From NCBI RefSeq assembly GCF_006345805.1, contig NC_042997.1, positions 207,514,001 through 207,578,000 on the forward strand: DNA of 64,000 nucleotides, written 5' to 3'. Origin of the DNA: Octopus sinensis. Taxonomy: Eukaryota. The number at the start of each line of letters is the position of its first letter. Positions within the stretch are counted from its first letter, which is position 1. The position numbers and the translations under genes are program-made. The notes under the pieces were generated by a model. That model did no database searches and was not told where the DNA came from. It saw only the letters and a program-made list of their open reading frames with translations. Of the stretch, positions 26,335 to 39,217 are shown one piece after another.

Positions 26335-27690
26335 AGTTTGTGGCATATCATAACATGATCCAACTTGTCAAAAGCTTTTGCAAAATCAATGTATATTACA
26401 TCCACATTTGATTGTTGAGTAACTGCCTCAACACCCAGTCATAATGTTATAAGAGTTGGGTCAGGCAGCTCCTACCTGGTCGAAAACCATACTGGGTATC
26501 ACTCAGCAAGTTATTTTCCTCAAGAAATGCGATTAGTTTCCCTCTGACTATCCATTCCATGACTTTGCTGATGTGTGAAGTCAGAGAGATAGGCCTATAG
26601 TTTTTGGCATCTGCCCTACTTCCCCCTTTATGTATTGGGCATATTATTCCCTCCTTCAGCTTGCTTGGCAGTTTGCCATTTGTAAGAAAGCTGTGGAAGA
26701 GAGTCTTGAGGGGTTTTGCCTGGGCATGTTTACACAATTTGAGGAGGATTGCTGGGAAACCATCAAGACCAGCAGTTGAGTTTGTGTCCACTTCATCTAT
26801 GGCTAGTAGGACATCTTCTTTGCTAATGTCAATACATTCTATTGTAACCACCTCGCTGGTTATAGGTGAGGTGGCAAAGAAGTCCACTGGTTCGTTCACT
26901 TGTCTGTGTTCTAACTGGGTAGTAAAGACACTTTTGAACTGGTCATTCAGTATCTCACTGATCTTAGTTGGACTGTCTGTGAGGGAGCCATCCTTTTGGA
27001 GGAGGGGTCCTATCTTGTAGTGCACTGAGACTGTTTCTATTACGTAATGAAAGAAGGCCTTTGGGTTCAATTTAATGTTTTTTATAACCCAGGCTTCTTT
27101 GTCTGCTTTCTCCCTCACATATGATTGTTACAGCCTTTTTTTGATCTCCATCAGTGTTGTTTTTAGGCGGGACGTTTTGCTACTTTTTGGATGTTGGTTG
27201 AGTCAATTTGCAACCTTCGTCCGTCGTCTCATGAGGATCTTCCTGTCTCTTGGAATCTTGCTCCTATTTGTTTTGGTCTTGTGCTCTGGGACATATTTGT
27301 GGCATACGGCTTGCACAGAAGACATGAAACATTCTAGTTTCATGTCAATGTCTGGTGTGCAGAGACATTTTGGCCAGTGCTCTCTGAGGATCTCTTTTTG
27401 GATCGATTTCCAATCTGCTTTGTGGAAGTTCAGATTGGAGAGATTTCGGGTGCTTCCTTTAGGCTGTATGTCTCTGGTTACTTTCGGCCCAAACATAGAC
27501 AGCTCTATTATGTTGTGATCCGAAACTGATGTCGGTGTCACTTTCACATCATGAATGATGTCCATATTGTTCGTGAAGCAGAGATCCAGAATGTAATTCG
27601 CCCTAGTTGGCTTGAGTACAACTTGCTCCATGAATAAGGAATTTTGTGAGGTTGAGCGGGGACTGCACCTGTACTTGCTTAACCTCTAAA
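26335..27690 (-). mobile_element. CR1-clade LINE fragment (endonuclease end to RT start)
   Basis: PTRANYILDLCFTN..SDHN, IKLNPKAFFHY, PIHKGGSR..KNYRPISLTSH..QYGFRPGRSCLTQLL, DVIYIDFAKAFD. Confidence 0.9.
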
Positions 27691-27714
27691 CTATTATTAT
27701 TATATATGTATATA

Positions 27715-27745
<31 letters not shown>

Positions 27746-27746
<1 letters not shown>

Positions 27747-28029
27747 CAATTGCAGCGTGGAAGGTGTTTATAAGCCATTTAAGAAACACACAAAAGCCGT
27801 TCAATTCACTTCAACATTTAAGTTTAATTTGTCAAAATATTTTCGTCACTAAAATCCGCGACCTGTTCACTGACAAAGTCCGAGATGCAGCACGGACTTT
27901 GTCAGTGAACAGGTCGCGGATTTTAGCGACGAAAATATTTTGACAAATTAAACTTAAATGTTGAAGTGAATCGAACGGCTTTTGTGTGTTTCTTAAATGG
28001 CTTATAAACACCTTCCACGCTGCAATTGT
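27746..28029. repeat. 284-bp near-perfect palindrome (137-bp arms, 10-nt loop) next to (TA)n; probable Penelope-like element remnant
   Basis: 27746-27882 is the reverse complement of 27893-28029, with two mismatches seen. Confidence 0.93.
27898..27947 (+). ncRNA. Putative minimal type I hammerhead ribozyme, G3:C8 core variant (mirror copy on - strand at 27828-27877)
   Basis: TTTGTCA-GTGAACA-g-GTCGC-loop-GCGAC-GAAA-atattt-TGACAAA: stem I, swapped core, stem II, GAAA, palindromic stem III. Confidence 0.55.
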
Positions 28030-28192
28030 TTTCGTTTCAGCACACGATCTCAGATCAAATTACTTGCTATGCGAGTACATCTCCGTAATATATATAATAT
28101 ATATATATATATATACAAATATACATATACAAATATATATATATAATTTAGAGAAAAACCTCTATTAAACTATAATTATTATATATGTACGT

Positions 28193-28478
28193 ATCATCAT
28201 CATCATCATCATTGTTTAACGTCCGTTTTCCATGCTAGCATGGGTTGGACGGTTCAACCAGGGTCTGGGAAGCCAGGAGGCTGCACCAGCCTCCAGTCTG
28301 ATCTGGCAGAGTTTCTACAGCTGGATGCCCTTCCTAATGCCAACCACTCCGTGAGTATAGTGGGTGCTTTTTATGTACCACTGGCACAGGTATCACAACT
28401 ACAATTTCCTTTTGATTTTTTGATGTTGATGTACTTGACTCAATAGGTCTCCACAAGCACAGGGTCTCCTCGAGCACA

Positions 28479-28513
<35 letters not shown>

Positions 28514-29295
28514 ATCATCGTCATCATCATTTAATGTCCGCTTTCCATGCTAGCATAGATTGGACGATTTGACTGAGGACTGGCGAACCAGATGGCTGCA
28601 CCAGGCTCCAATCTGATCTGGCAGAGCTTCCACAGTCAGATGCTCTTCCTAATGCCAACCACTCCGAGAGTGTAGTGGGTGCTTTTACGCGCCACCTGCA
28701 AGAGGACCAGTCTGGCGGTACTGGCTACAGACATGCTTGAAATGGTGTTTCTTTACATGCCACCTGCACAGGAGTCAGTCCAGCGGCACTGTCAATGAGT
28801 TCACTCAAATGTTTTGTTCACGTGCCACCGGCACAAGTGGCAGTAAAAAAACACTGGTAAGGATCACGCTCAAATGGTGCTTTTTACGTGCCCACTGGCA
28901 CGGAAGCCTGACAGCTGCTCTGGCAGTGATCATTCTCTGATTGAGCTGTCAGAACTCCACTGGCATGGGTGCCAGTCATCGAATTTGGTTCAATTTCGAT
29001 TTCACTTGCCCCAACAGTTCTTCACAAGCAGAGTTTAGTGTCCAATGAAGGGAGGTTGGCACGGGAGCCAGTTGTCGGATCTGGTTCGATTTCAAATTTA
29101 ATTTCGATTTTACTTGCCTCAACAGGTCTTATATACATCATCATCATTTAGCGTCCGCTTTCCATGCTAGCATGGGTTGGATGGTTCAACTGGGGTCTGG
29201 GAAGCCAGAAGGCTGCATCAGGCCCAGTCTGATCTGGCAGTGTTTCTACGGCTGGATGCCCCTCCTAACGGCCACGAACGGATGGTGCTTTTTAC
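28193..29295 (-). mobile_element. Cluster of three RTE 3'UTR / SINE-like repeats with (CAT)n tails
   Basis: catcatcat..ttccatgctagcat...ttgga starts at ~28193, ~28512 and ~29136. Confidence 0.8.
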
Positions 29296-29317
29296 AAATA
29301 TTTCAATACATGTGTAT

Positions 29318-29670
29318 ATTTAGGGCTGAAACCACTAGGTGGATAACTATATGCTAGAAGAACATCACATACAATCTAACTACAAAGAAAGAATGTTCTC
29401 CAGAGAAAATTCAGCAAACACCAGAACATAAGCAGGCAAGACAGATGAAAATTATATAAAAATCAAGAATTAATCATATACCGGTTTTGTCTGTTACAGA
29501 ATAAATTACTTATGTAATCCTTCGTCCACAGACTCATCAGTATGATCGTTCCAAATTCAATATAACTTGCAAAACTAAACACTAGTTTTCTATATAAAAT
29601 TAGACACGTGCTTAGTTCTACCGATTACATTGGGGTTATTTTCTGATTTTTATATAATTTTCATCTGTCT
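29318..29670 (-). mobile_element. Penelope-like element terminal-repeat remnant
   Basis: Contains a hammerhead motif; 29439-29470 is repeated inverted at 29641-29670; homologous to 31425-31575. Confidence 0.55.
29473..29546 (-). ncRNA. Type I hammerhead ribozyme motif with G12A substitution (probably inactive)
   Basis: Minus strand ATCATA-CTGATGA-GTCTGT..ACAGAC-aAAA-CCGG-TA-TATGAT: perfect 6-bp stems I and II, palindromic stem III. Confidence 0.7.
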
Positions 29671-29714
29671 ATTAAACTATTATTATTATATATGCATGTA
29701 TGTATGTATGTATG

Positions 29715-29789
<75 letters not shown>

Positions 29790-29792
<3 letters not shown>

Positions 29793-30066
29793 ATTAGGGA
29801 GTAAATCCAAACTTACAGGGAAAAATTAGATTTAGGATTAAATCCAATTTTCTAGTATAAATATATATTATATTAAATTAGAGATAAAACCACTATCAGG
29901 CAAATCAAACAGTGAAAATCATAAGCCAATACATAGAAAAAAATTAATTAAAAAATATAAAATATAAATATAAAAAAATATAAAATATAAAATTCCAAAA
30001 TAAAAATATTTAAATTAAAGTTAAAATTTTAAAAAAAATATTTAAATAATTTAAACTTATAAATTT

Positions 30067-30115
<49 letters not shown>

Positions 30116-31783
30116 ATTATTATTTTATTTTATTTTATTTTATTTATTTTATTTTATTTTAATTTATTTTATTATATTTTTTTTATAACTATCAAAAAGT
30201 ATTAAAAGTTTAATATAAGATAAATATTAAAAACACTACGATCGTTTCATGCTCGTAACCAATTCGAATAACAATAATTTAAATTCAATTAATAATTAGA
30301 ATTATGGTTACAGTCAATCTTCAGGTTAATTGTAATATTTAATAAGTAATCAGAAATATTTAAACAATATTTTTAAGAAATAAATAATATAATAATTTTA
30401 CTTATAAAAAAACTCTATTATCAAACTAGAAACTTAACGATTATGATTATATCAAAACATCAATAATAATGTTAAATATTAATTTTAAGTTTTAAGGTAA
30501 GAAACCCACCAATAATCTAATATCAGTAATAGTCAATATCTAATTACATAGATATTTGACAAAAAAACTATTATATTATTAAAAATATAAAATTCAAATA
30601 ATATACAAATTATCAATGAAAATATATAAATGTATATATTATAATTAAGATCTAAAATAATCTCTATAAATATATATACACATATAATAAAGACCTAATA
30701 AATTAATTTTTCATATTTAAAGATGAAATAGTTAATTTCAAAAATATAAACAATCTGAAACGAACGCTATATCAAATTAACTATCTTTATATCTCATTGG
30801 CTAAATAATAACTTTTAGAAATCTTATATTCAAAATACTTAAAGAAATAATCAATTCGTAGTAATATAGTATCAAATACTATAAATATATTTATGAATGG
30901 GAATAATAAATCTAGCAAATATCAATTTAAAAAGACAATAGATAAGTTAAAATAATAATTATAAGAAATTTAAAACTACAATTAATGCTATTAATACATG
31001 TATATACATAAACCTAACTTCAAACAACTCAATACTTGCTATCAAACAACATATCTACCACTAAGTAAATTCTAATGAAAAAACTTAAAGTTAATATCTA
31101 ATAATTATATAGAAAATTACGATAATTAGATCATTACATAAACAACGATATTTACATAAATATTATTACACCATAAGACTTATAAAATATTAAAATTCAA
31201 AGATCTTAAATATAAATATATATATAAAAAACTAAAAATAAAATAAAATAAAATAAAATAAATAAAATAAAATAAAATAAAATAATAATAATAAATATAT
31301 ATATATATATATTTAAATAATGAGGGAGATAAATTAATATTAATTTTAATATCAATTTAAAACCAGTAGTCTAGCATACAAAAATCTGAGAAATCAGAGA
31401 AAATTCTAATATATGTGTATATTGGCAGGGCAAGACTGCTAGGTAGTCGGCCGTATGCTAGAAATAGATCATCCACGATCAAACTACAAAGAAAATTCTC
31501 AAAAGGAAAAGTTCAACGAACACCAGAACCAAATTTGGCGGGCAGGACATGAAAATTTATATAAAAAACAGAATATATATATATATATATTTAAAATTTA
31601 TAAGTTTAAATTATTTAAATGATTTTTTAAATTTTAACTTTAATTTAAATATTTTTATTTTGGAATTTTATATTTTATATTTTTTATATTTATATTTTAT
31701 ATTTTTTAATTAATTTTTTTCTATGTATTGGCTAATGATTTTCACTGTTTGATTTGCCTAATAGTGGTTTTATCTCTAATTTA

Positions 31784-31795
<12 letters not shown>
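29790..31795. mobile_element. Extremely AT-rich (TA)n-flanked composite with ~200-bp inverted repeats (29865-30070 / 31590-31795); probable Penelope-like remnants
   Basis: ttagagataaaaccactatcaggcaaatcaaacagtgaaaatcat.agccaatacatagaaaa and its reverse complement near 31720-31785; internal hammerhead motif. Confidence 0.6.
30224..30338 (-). ncRNA. Type I hammerhead ribozyme motif with extended stem II
   Basis: Minus strand CTGAAGA (30324-30318), gtaacc/ggttac and aattc/gaatt stem II, GAAAC-GATC-GTA with palindromic stem III; stem I and the base of stem II are weak. Confidence 0.6.
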
Positions 31796-31847
<52 letters not shown>

Positions 31848-31915
31848 CTAGAGGAAAACCTCTATTAAACTATTATTATTATATATGTATGTGTGTATAT
31901 ATATATAATATTCAT

Positions 31916-32850
31916 AAGGCCTCTCGCTCAGAATAAAAGGCAGACTGTATGATGCATGTGTACGAACAGCCATGCTACATGGCAGTGAAACATGGGCCGT
32001 GACTGCTGAGGATATGCATAAGCTTGCAAGAAATGAAGCCAGTATGCTCCGATGGATGTGTAATGTCAGTGTTCATACTCGACAGAGTGTAAGTACCTTG
32101 AGAGAAAAGTTAGACCTAAGAAGCATCAGTTGTGGTGTGCAAGAGAGACGTTTGCACTGGTATGGTCATGTAGCGAGAATGGATGAAGATAGTTGTGTGA
32201 AAAAGTGCCACACCCATGAGGTTGAGGGAACCTGTGGTAGAGGTAGACTCAGGAAAACCTGGGTCGAGGTGGTGAAGCACGACCTTCGAACTTTAGGCCT
32301 CACCGAGGCAATGACCAGTGACCGAGACCTTTGGAAGTATGCTGTGCATGGGAAGACCCAGCAGGACAAGTGGGACCATAACTCGTGACCTCTACCTGGG
32401 ACGTAGCCAGCTCACTTATGCATACCTTTCCTTCTTGTGATACAAACCCTACTTGTGAAGACCTGTTGAGGCAAGTGAAAATCAAAATTGAAATCTCTCA
32501 ACATCAATGGAAATTGTAGCTGAGATACCAGTGCCGGTGGCACGTTAGAGAAACGTCCGAATGTGGCCGTTGCCAGCGCTACCCCGACTGGCCTCCGTGC
32601 CGGTGGCACATAAAAAGCACCATCCGATCGTGGCCGTTTGCCAGCCACGTCTAGCACCTGTGCAGGTGGCACATAAAAAGCACTGACTACACTCTCGGAG
32701 TAGTTGGCGTTAGGAAGGGCATCCACCTGTAGAAACACTGCCAGATTAGACTGAGCCTGGCGCAGCCTCCTGGCTTCCCAGACCCCAGTTGAACCGTCCA
32801 ACCCATGCTAGCATGGAAAGCAGATGCTAAACGATGATGATGATGATGAC
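31916..32850 (+). mobile_element. RTE-clade LINE 3' fragment with (GAT)n tail
   Basis: ORF 31972-32388 MLHGSETWAV..LHWYGHV..RGRLRKTW followed by the family 3'UTR. Confidence 0.9.
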
Positions 32851-32893
32851 CACCACCACCACACAATCATGAGAACAAATATTATGAATCAGA

Positions 32894-32927
<34 letters not shown>

Positions 32928-33547
32928 ATAATAATAGTTTAATAGAGGTTTTTCTCTAAATTATATAAATAAATATATATATCATCATCATTATCATCAT
33001 CATTTAAACGAAGATGATGATGATGATGATATATATATTTATGTATATAATTTAGAGAAAACCTCTATTAAACTATTATTATTATATATGTATGTATGTA
33101 TGTATGTATATCTGGTATGTTGTTTTTGTTTATTCATTATTTATTTTCAATTATGTTTGCACTGAGGAGTGAAAAGTGCATAAAACTGAACTGATTATGA
33201 AATCACTGTTTGATATGCAGCTGAATTCTGTTTTTAAATGGCTTGCTTCAAAAGTTGATTTTGGTACGATGTGTTTATTTATCTTAGTAGTTTTGACTTT
33301 AATAGTCCCTCTTATCATGTGGCATTTATGTATAATAATGCCCTCTATACAATATTAAAAAATATATTCAAAGAAAGAAATTGATGGCTTTTTTCTCTTA
33401 TGAAATTTTTCAAGCTGACTACTTGATAAATTCTTATGAAGATTTTATCCTATTTATAAATTGTATATATATATATATATTTATACAATTTAGAGAAAAA
33501 CCTCTATTAAACTATTATTATTATATATGTATGTATGTATGTATGTA

Positions 33548-34002
33548 TCTCTATATTATAATTCTGAAATGCAAAAAGTTTGTCTAGTTTTGGCATTAGA
33601 ACGGGTTAAAGGCCACTAAATCCCGTCGAATTGACTCCAAAATTTAGAGGGACATGTAAAATGAGGTGAGGATGAGAGTGGGCTAGGTTAGAAATGCCCT
33701 TCTTAAAAAGTGTGATTGCTAAGGCCAAAAACGCACACTTTGACAAGTCTACTCTCATTCTTTTATGTGTCTGTCTTTCTTCATCTCTCTCTCTTTCCTC
33801 CCTTCCCTTCAATTTCTCCTTATAACATCGTTTCACAGCGTCTATTATCTTTCCCCCGCCGCCATCGCATTCTATTATCTGCCTGTCTTCCCCCATCTCT
33901 CTCTCTCTCTCTCTCTCTCTTTCCTCCCTTCCTTTCACTTTCTCTCTATAACGTCGTTTGATAGCGTCTACTATCTTCCCTCCACGGCCTTTGCCAGCGC
34001 TG

Positions 34003-34037
<35 letters not shown>

Positions 34038-35631
34038 GTCTGTCTGCATTCATAGAGAGAATTATTATCGCCACCACAACCACCACGCAATCATGAGAAT
34101 CTTTCTCTTAAAACAAATCATCTTTAGGTTTCAAAATATTTCATTTTTCAGTCCTCTCTTTCATATATCACCCTTTCTTCCTAGATCTCTCTCTTTTCCC
34201 CCTTTCCTCCACATTCTCTATCTATAACGACGTTTGACACCTCCGCCATCTCTCTTTCTTCTCCAACGCATCTCTCAATGTATTTCTGTTTGTATCTATA
34301 AAGACGAAACGTGACAGCCGCAAAAGTTTAAATATTCCCACCACAGGTCTTTCAGAAAGGTGAATTATTATCTCCCACCACCACCGCACAATTGTAACAG
34401 ATATTACTTATCAGAAGATATGTTATTATTTTGTGTGGATAAAAGATTTAAAGAATTTATTTGTATGCTCAAGGCGACCGTCGTTAACAAAAATTTGGCG
34501 GTAAATTTGAAAAATATTTACTTCTTAACTATTTCATTCGTTTTCTCATTGTAAACTAAATCATCTTTAGGTTTCAAAATATCTTACTTTTCAGTCCTCT
34601 CTTTCATATATCACCTTTTCTTCCTCGATCTCTCACTTTTACCCCTTCCCTCGACTTTCTTTCTATAACTACGTTTGACAGCTTCGCCGTCTCTCTGTTA
34701 CTCTTTCTTCCAAAATTTACAGGGACATGTAAAATGAGGTGAGGATGCGAGTGGGCTAGGTTAGAAATCCCTAGCTTAAAAAGTGTGGTTACTAGGGCAA
34801 AAAATGCACACTTTGGCAAGTCTTCTCTCTTTCATATATGACCTTTTCTTCTTCCGTCTCTCTCCCTTTCCTCCCTTCCTTTCACGTTCTCTCTATAACA
34901 TCGTTTGATAGCGTCTGTTACTCTTTCTTCCACCACCCCTCTCACTGTATGATTGTCGTTTCTTCTGCACGTCTTGATTATCTCTTCATTCTTGAAAATA
35001 AAGACATTAAAAAGAACATGGTTCATAAAGAAGATTGGGTTAAGATGTTTCCAAACATTTGATCCAACTCATTCGTCTCTTTATTCCTCATTTTCCGATT
35101 CCTTCTATGTCTCCATTAAACGGTTTTGTCAAGTTATTGTTTCTTCGCTAACATAAGACATTCATAAAGTGAATGAGTTGTTAATTACATTTTATACACT
35201 ATTCCATTGTTTAGGTGGTGTCGAAAGGACTGGCATGTGTCACCATATAACCTCTGTCAGTCAAACTCCCAACTCATGCGTTCACGTCGTGATACTCTTT
35301 CTACAAAACTGAGCTGGGTGTGAATTCTAATTTCATACACTATTGCAGATGTGAGTTTACAGTCTGCTTTTTTTAGTTTAAACTATCTTCCTGCAGGTTA
35401 AAAAACTTTTTTTTTAGAGTCCTCGACAATATACGCCACTGAAATTCCATGTTTCAATTTTATGATTATACCCAGAGTGCTCTAATCGAATATGAACTGT
35501 CTTCCTATTGGCGGACGTTTGTCTTTTTTTTTTAAACAACTGCATTTAAAACAATAACACAATGCTACATTAATACATTGGTCCAACAAGCAAAACATCA
35601 CTCGCACGTAGAGCGGGTCACCTTAAGCTAG
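33548..35631 (+). mobile_element. Non-autonomous Helitron-like element with internal duplications
   Basis: A|TC start, subterminal ctcgc-acgtaga-gcggg hairpin at 35601-35617, CTAG|T end; its 5' segment recurs at ~34710-34920. Confidence 0.7.
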
Positions 35632-35640
35632 TCATCATTA

Positions 35641-36021
35641 TCTATAAATCTGAAATGAGAAAGTTTGTTTGTCTGGTTTTGGCATTGGAACGGGTTAAAG
35701 GGCACTAGATCCCATCGGATTGACTCCAAAATTTACAGGGACATGTAAAATGAGGTGAGGATGTGAGTGGGCTAGGTTAAAAATACCTATCTTTAAAGGT
35801 GTGGTTACTAGGGCAAAAATGCACACTTTGACAAGTCTTCTCACATTCTCTTATCTGCCTGTCTTCCTCCGTCTCTCTCTCTTTCCTCCCTTCCTTTCAC
35901 GTTGTCTCTATAACGTCGTTTGACAGCGTCTACTATCTTTCCCTCGCGGCATTTGCCAGTGCTGTCACACACTCTCTCTCACTACGTCTGTCTGCATTCA
36001 GAGAGAGAATTATCATCGCCA
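35641..36021 (+). mobile_element. Second, head-to-tail copy of the same Helitron-like 5' end, interrupted by an RTE
   Basis: Colinear with 33548-34072; resumes after the RTE tail at ~38764 (ccaccacacaatcatgagaa). Confidence 0.7.
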
Positions 36022-38763
36022 GCAGAAGACAACCAGCATGGAGAAGAAGGATCTGGAAATTTAATGACCCTGCAAATGGACAGAGATTTAGGAACATATT
36101 ACTTGAAGCCTTTGACGAAGAAGAAGGGGATATAGCTTCACATGAGGTAGAAGACAACTGGAGGCTTCAAAGAGACAACCTGCTAAGAACCACTGACCAG
36201 ATCTGTTGATGGTGTAAAGTCCCATCTCGACCCAAAATAACGTGGTGGTTGAACAATGTTGTAGACAGGGCTATTAGAGAAAAGAGACAGACTTGGAAGG
36301 ACTGAAAGAACGGTGGTAGCAGGGAATTGTATCAGACTGCGAAAAGACAAGCTAGGAGACAGGTTTATTTAGCCAGAGGGGAAGCAGATAAGAAAAAATT
36401 TGCCAATGTTCTGTGCCACGAGGAAGAAAGACTTGAGGTATTTCGTGTTGCAAGACAGTGTGTGAGAGAGAATTGTGATGATGTAGGAGAGAAATATGTC
36501 TGCATGGATGATGGTTCACTTGTACTAAATGAGGATGCAAAGAGAGAGGTTTGGAGATGCCACTATGAAAGGTTGCTCAACAAAGAGAATGAATGGGATA
36601 AAGAGAGTCTGTTGAATGTCGACCCAACAGAGGGACCAGCTATCCAAGTTGACAGTTCCTTAGTAGTCAAGGCAATTAGAAGCATGAAGACAAGGAAAGC
36701 CCCAGACCCATCAGGAATTACTGCAGAGAAGCTCAAAATATCTGGCAGTGTAGGCTATAGCCTAGTCACCCATATAGTTAACCAGGTGATACACGAAGGA
36801 GTCATACCCAATGATTGGTGTAGCAGCATAATAGTCAACTGCTACAAAGGTAAAGGTAACGCTTTAAATACAAATAATTACAGAGGTATCAAGCTGTTGG
36901 ATCAGGTAATGTAGGTCACGGAGAGGGTCAAAGCCCAACTAATTAGGGAGAGAGTCAGTTTTGATGAGATGCAATTTGGTTTCGTGCCAGGGAAAAGTAC
37001 CACTGATGCTATATTTCTGGTTAGACAGCTGCAGGAGAAATACCTAACCAAAGATAAGCCCCTGTACCTGGCTTTCGTTGACATGAAGAAAGCCTTCAAC
37101 AGGGACCCCGATCCCTTATCTGGTGGTCAATGAGGAAACTAGGGATAGATGAATGGTTAGTGAGAGCTGTGCAGGCCATGTACAGGGACGCTGTTAGTAA
37201 GGTGAGGGTTGGCAACGAGTACAGTGAAGAATTCCAGGTAGAGGTTGGGGTCCACCAAGGTTCAGTCCTCAGCCCCCTCCTATTTATCATAGTCCTCCAG
37301 GCAATAACGGTGGAATTCAAGACAGGATGCCCCAGGGAGCTCCTCTATGCTGATGACCTTGCTCTAATTGCTGAGTCACTATCAGAACTAGAGGCGAAGT
37401 TTCAAGTGTGGAAGCAAGGATTAGAATCGAAGGGCCTTAGAATCACTCTAGCCAAAACCAAAGTCCTAATAAGTAGAAAGGCAGGTAAACCACAAATCCC
37501 ATCAGGCAGATGGCCTCCTCAATCTGTAGAAAAGGTGTAGGTAGAAACTCTATAAGATGTACCCAGTGTAAGCTATGGACACATAAGAGGTGCAGCAATA
37601 TCAAAGGAAGGCTAACTGGGAAGATAGCTTTTGTCTGTGGCAGATGATCAGGAGCAATAAACACTGAAAATGCGCAGAGACCAACTTCCGTCACTTTCCA
37701 GGGAGAAAAACTAGAAATAGTTGATAGTTTCCGTTACCTAGGTGACCAAGTCAGTAGCGGGGGTGGGGGTGTTGAAAGTGTAACTGCTAGAATAACAATA
37801 GCCTGGGCAAAGTTCAGAGTGCTCTTACCTCTGCTGGTGACAAAGGGCCACTCGCTCAGAGTAAAAGGTAGACTGTATAACGCATGTGTACGAACAGCCA
37901 TACTACATGGCAGTGAAACATGGGCCGTGACTGCTGAGGACATGCATAAGCTTGCAAGAAATGAAGCCAGTATGCTCCGATGGATGTGTAATGTTCATAC
38001 TCGACAGAGCGTTAGTACCCTGAGAGAAATGTTGGACCTAAGAAGCATCAGTTGTGGTGTGCAAGAGAGACGATTGCACTGGTATGGTCATGTGGTGAGA
38101 ATGAATGAAGATAGTTGTGTGAAAAAGTGCCACACCCATGCGGTTGAGAGAACCTGTGGAAGAGGTGGACCCTGGAAAACCTGGGATGAAGTGGTGAAGG
38201 ACGACCTTCGAACTTTAGGTCTCACCGAGGAAATGACAAGAGACCGAGACCTATGGAAGTATGTTGTGCGTGAGAAGACCCGGCAGGACAAGTGAGACCA
38301 TAACCAATGGCCTCTACCTGGGATCTAACCAGTCCACTAATGCATACATTCCCTTCTTGGGAAACAAAACTCTACTTGTGAAGACCTGTTGAGGCAAGTG
38401 GAAATCAAAATCAAAATCAAAATCGATCAACATCAATGGAAATTTTAGCTGTGATACCAGTGCCAGTGGCACATAAGAGAACCATCCGAACGTGGCCATT
38501 GCCAGCGTCGCCCCGACTGGTCTCCATGCTGGTGGCACGTAAAAAGCACCATCCGATTGTGGCCGTTTGCCAGCCTCGTCTGGCACGTAAAAAGCACACA
38601 CTACACTCACAGAGTGTTTGGCATTAGGAAGGCCATCCAGCCGTAGAAACATTGACAGATCAGACTGAGCCTGGTGCAGCCTTCTGGCTTCCCAGACCCC
38701 AGTTGAACCGTCCAACCCATGCTAGCATGGAAAGCAGACACTAAACGATGATGATGATGATGA
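36022..38763 (+). mobile_element. RTE-clade LINE, 5'-truncated and pseudogenised (RT, Cys-rich finger, C-terminus, 3'UTR)
   Basis: KAPDPSGI, NYRGIKLL, QFGFVPGKSTTDAIF, VGVHQGSVLSPLLF, LLYADDL; several stops and frameshifts; (GAT)n tail. Confidence 0.93.
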
Positions 38764-39172
38764 CCACCACCACCACACAATCATGAGAACAAATATTATG
38801 AATCAGATATTTATTGGGTTAATTTATATATGTGTTTGTGTGCGTATTCTATATTGATTTTGATTTTGATTTTTCCAGTTTCAGCTTATGAGCTGTGGCC
38901 ATGCTGGGGCACCGCCATTGCTGGGGCACCGCCATTATAAATATGTATATATAATGTATATATACAAAGTGTATATATCTGTATTTATATATATGTATGT
39001 ATATATATATATATATGTGTATATATATATATATGCATAAGTGGAGAAAGATAGAGAGTAAGAGAAAACGAGGGAGAATCCGAGAGAGAGTGGGAAAGTG
39101 AGAGAGAAATGAGAGAGAAACAAAGAGGGAGAATGTGGCGATAAAAAACAGAAAGGAAGACATGTATGTATG

Positions 39173-39217
<45 letters not shown>

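Larger units (their letters stand above)
18553..26336 (+). repeat. Segmental duplication copy A (paralog of 51048-59581)
   Basis: Near-identical sequence and matching ORF track at an initial offset of 32495; shares mariner, R4, L1 and Tc1 insertions and the 52-nt exon. Confidence 0.97.

Noticed and set aside
29790-31795. Mitochondrial control-region insertion (NUMT)
   Set aside because: No adjacent tRNA, rRNA or mitochondrial coding sequence; inverted repeats and a hammerhead motif point to a transposon origin
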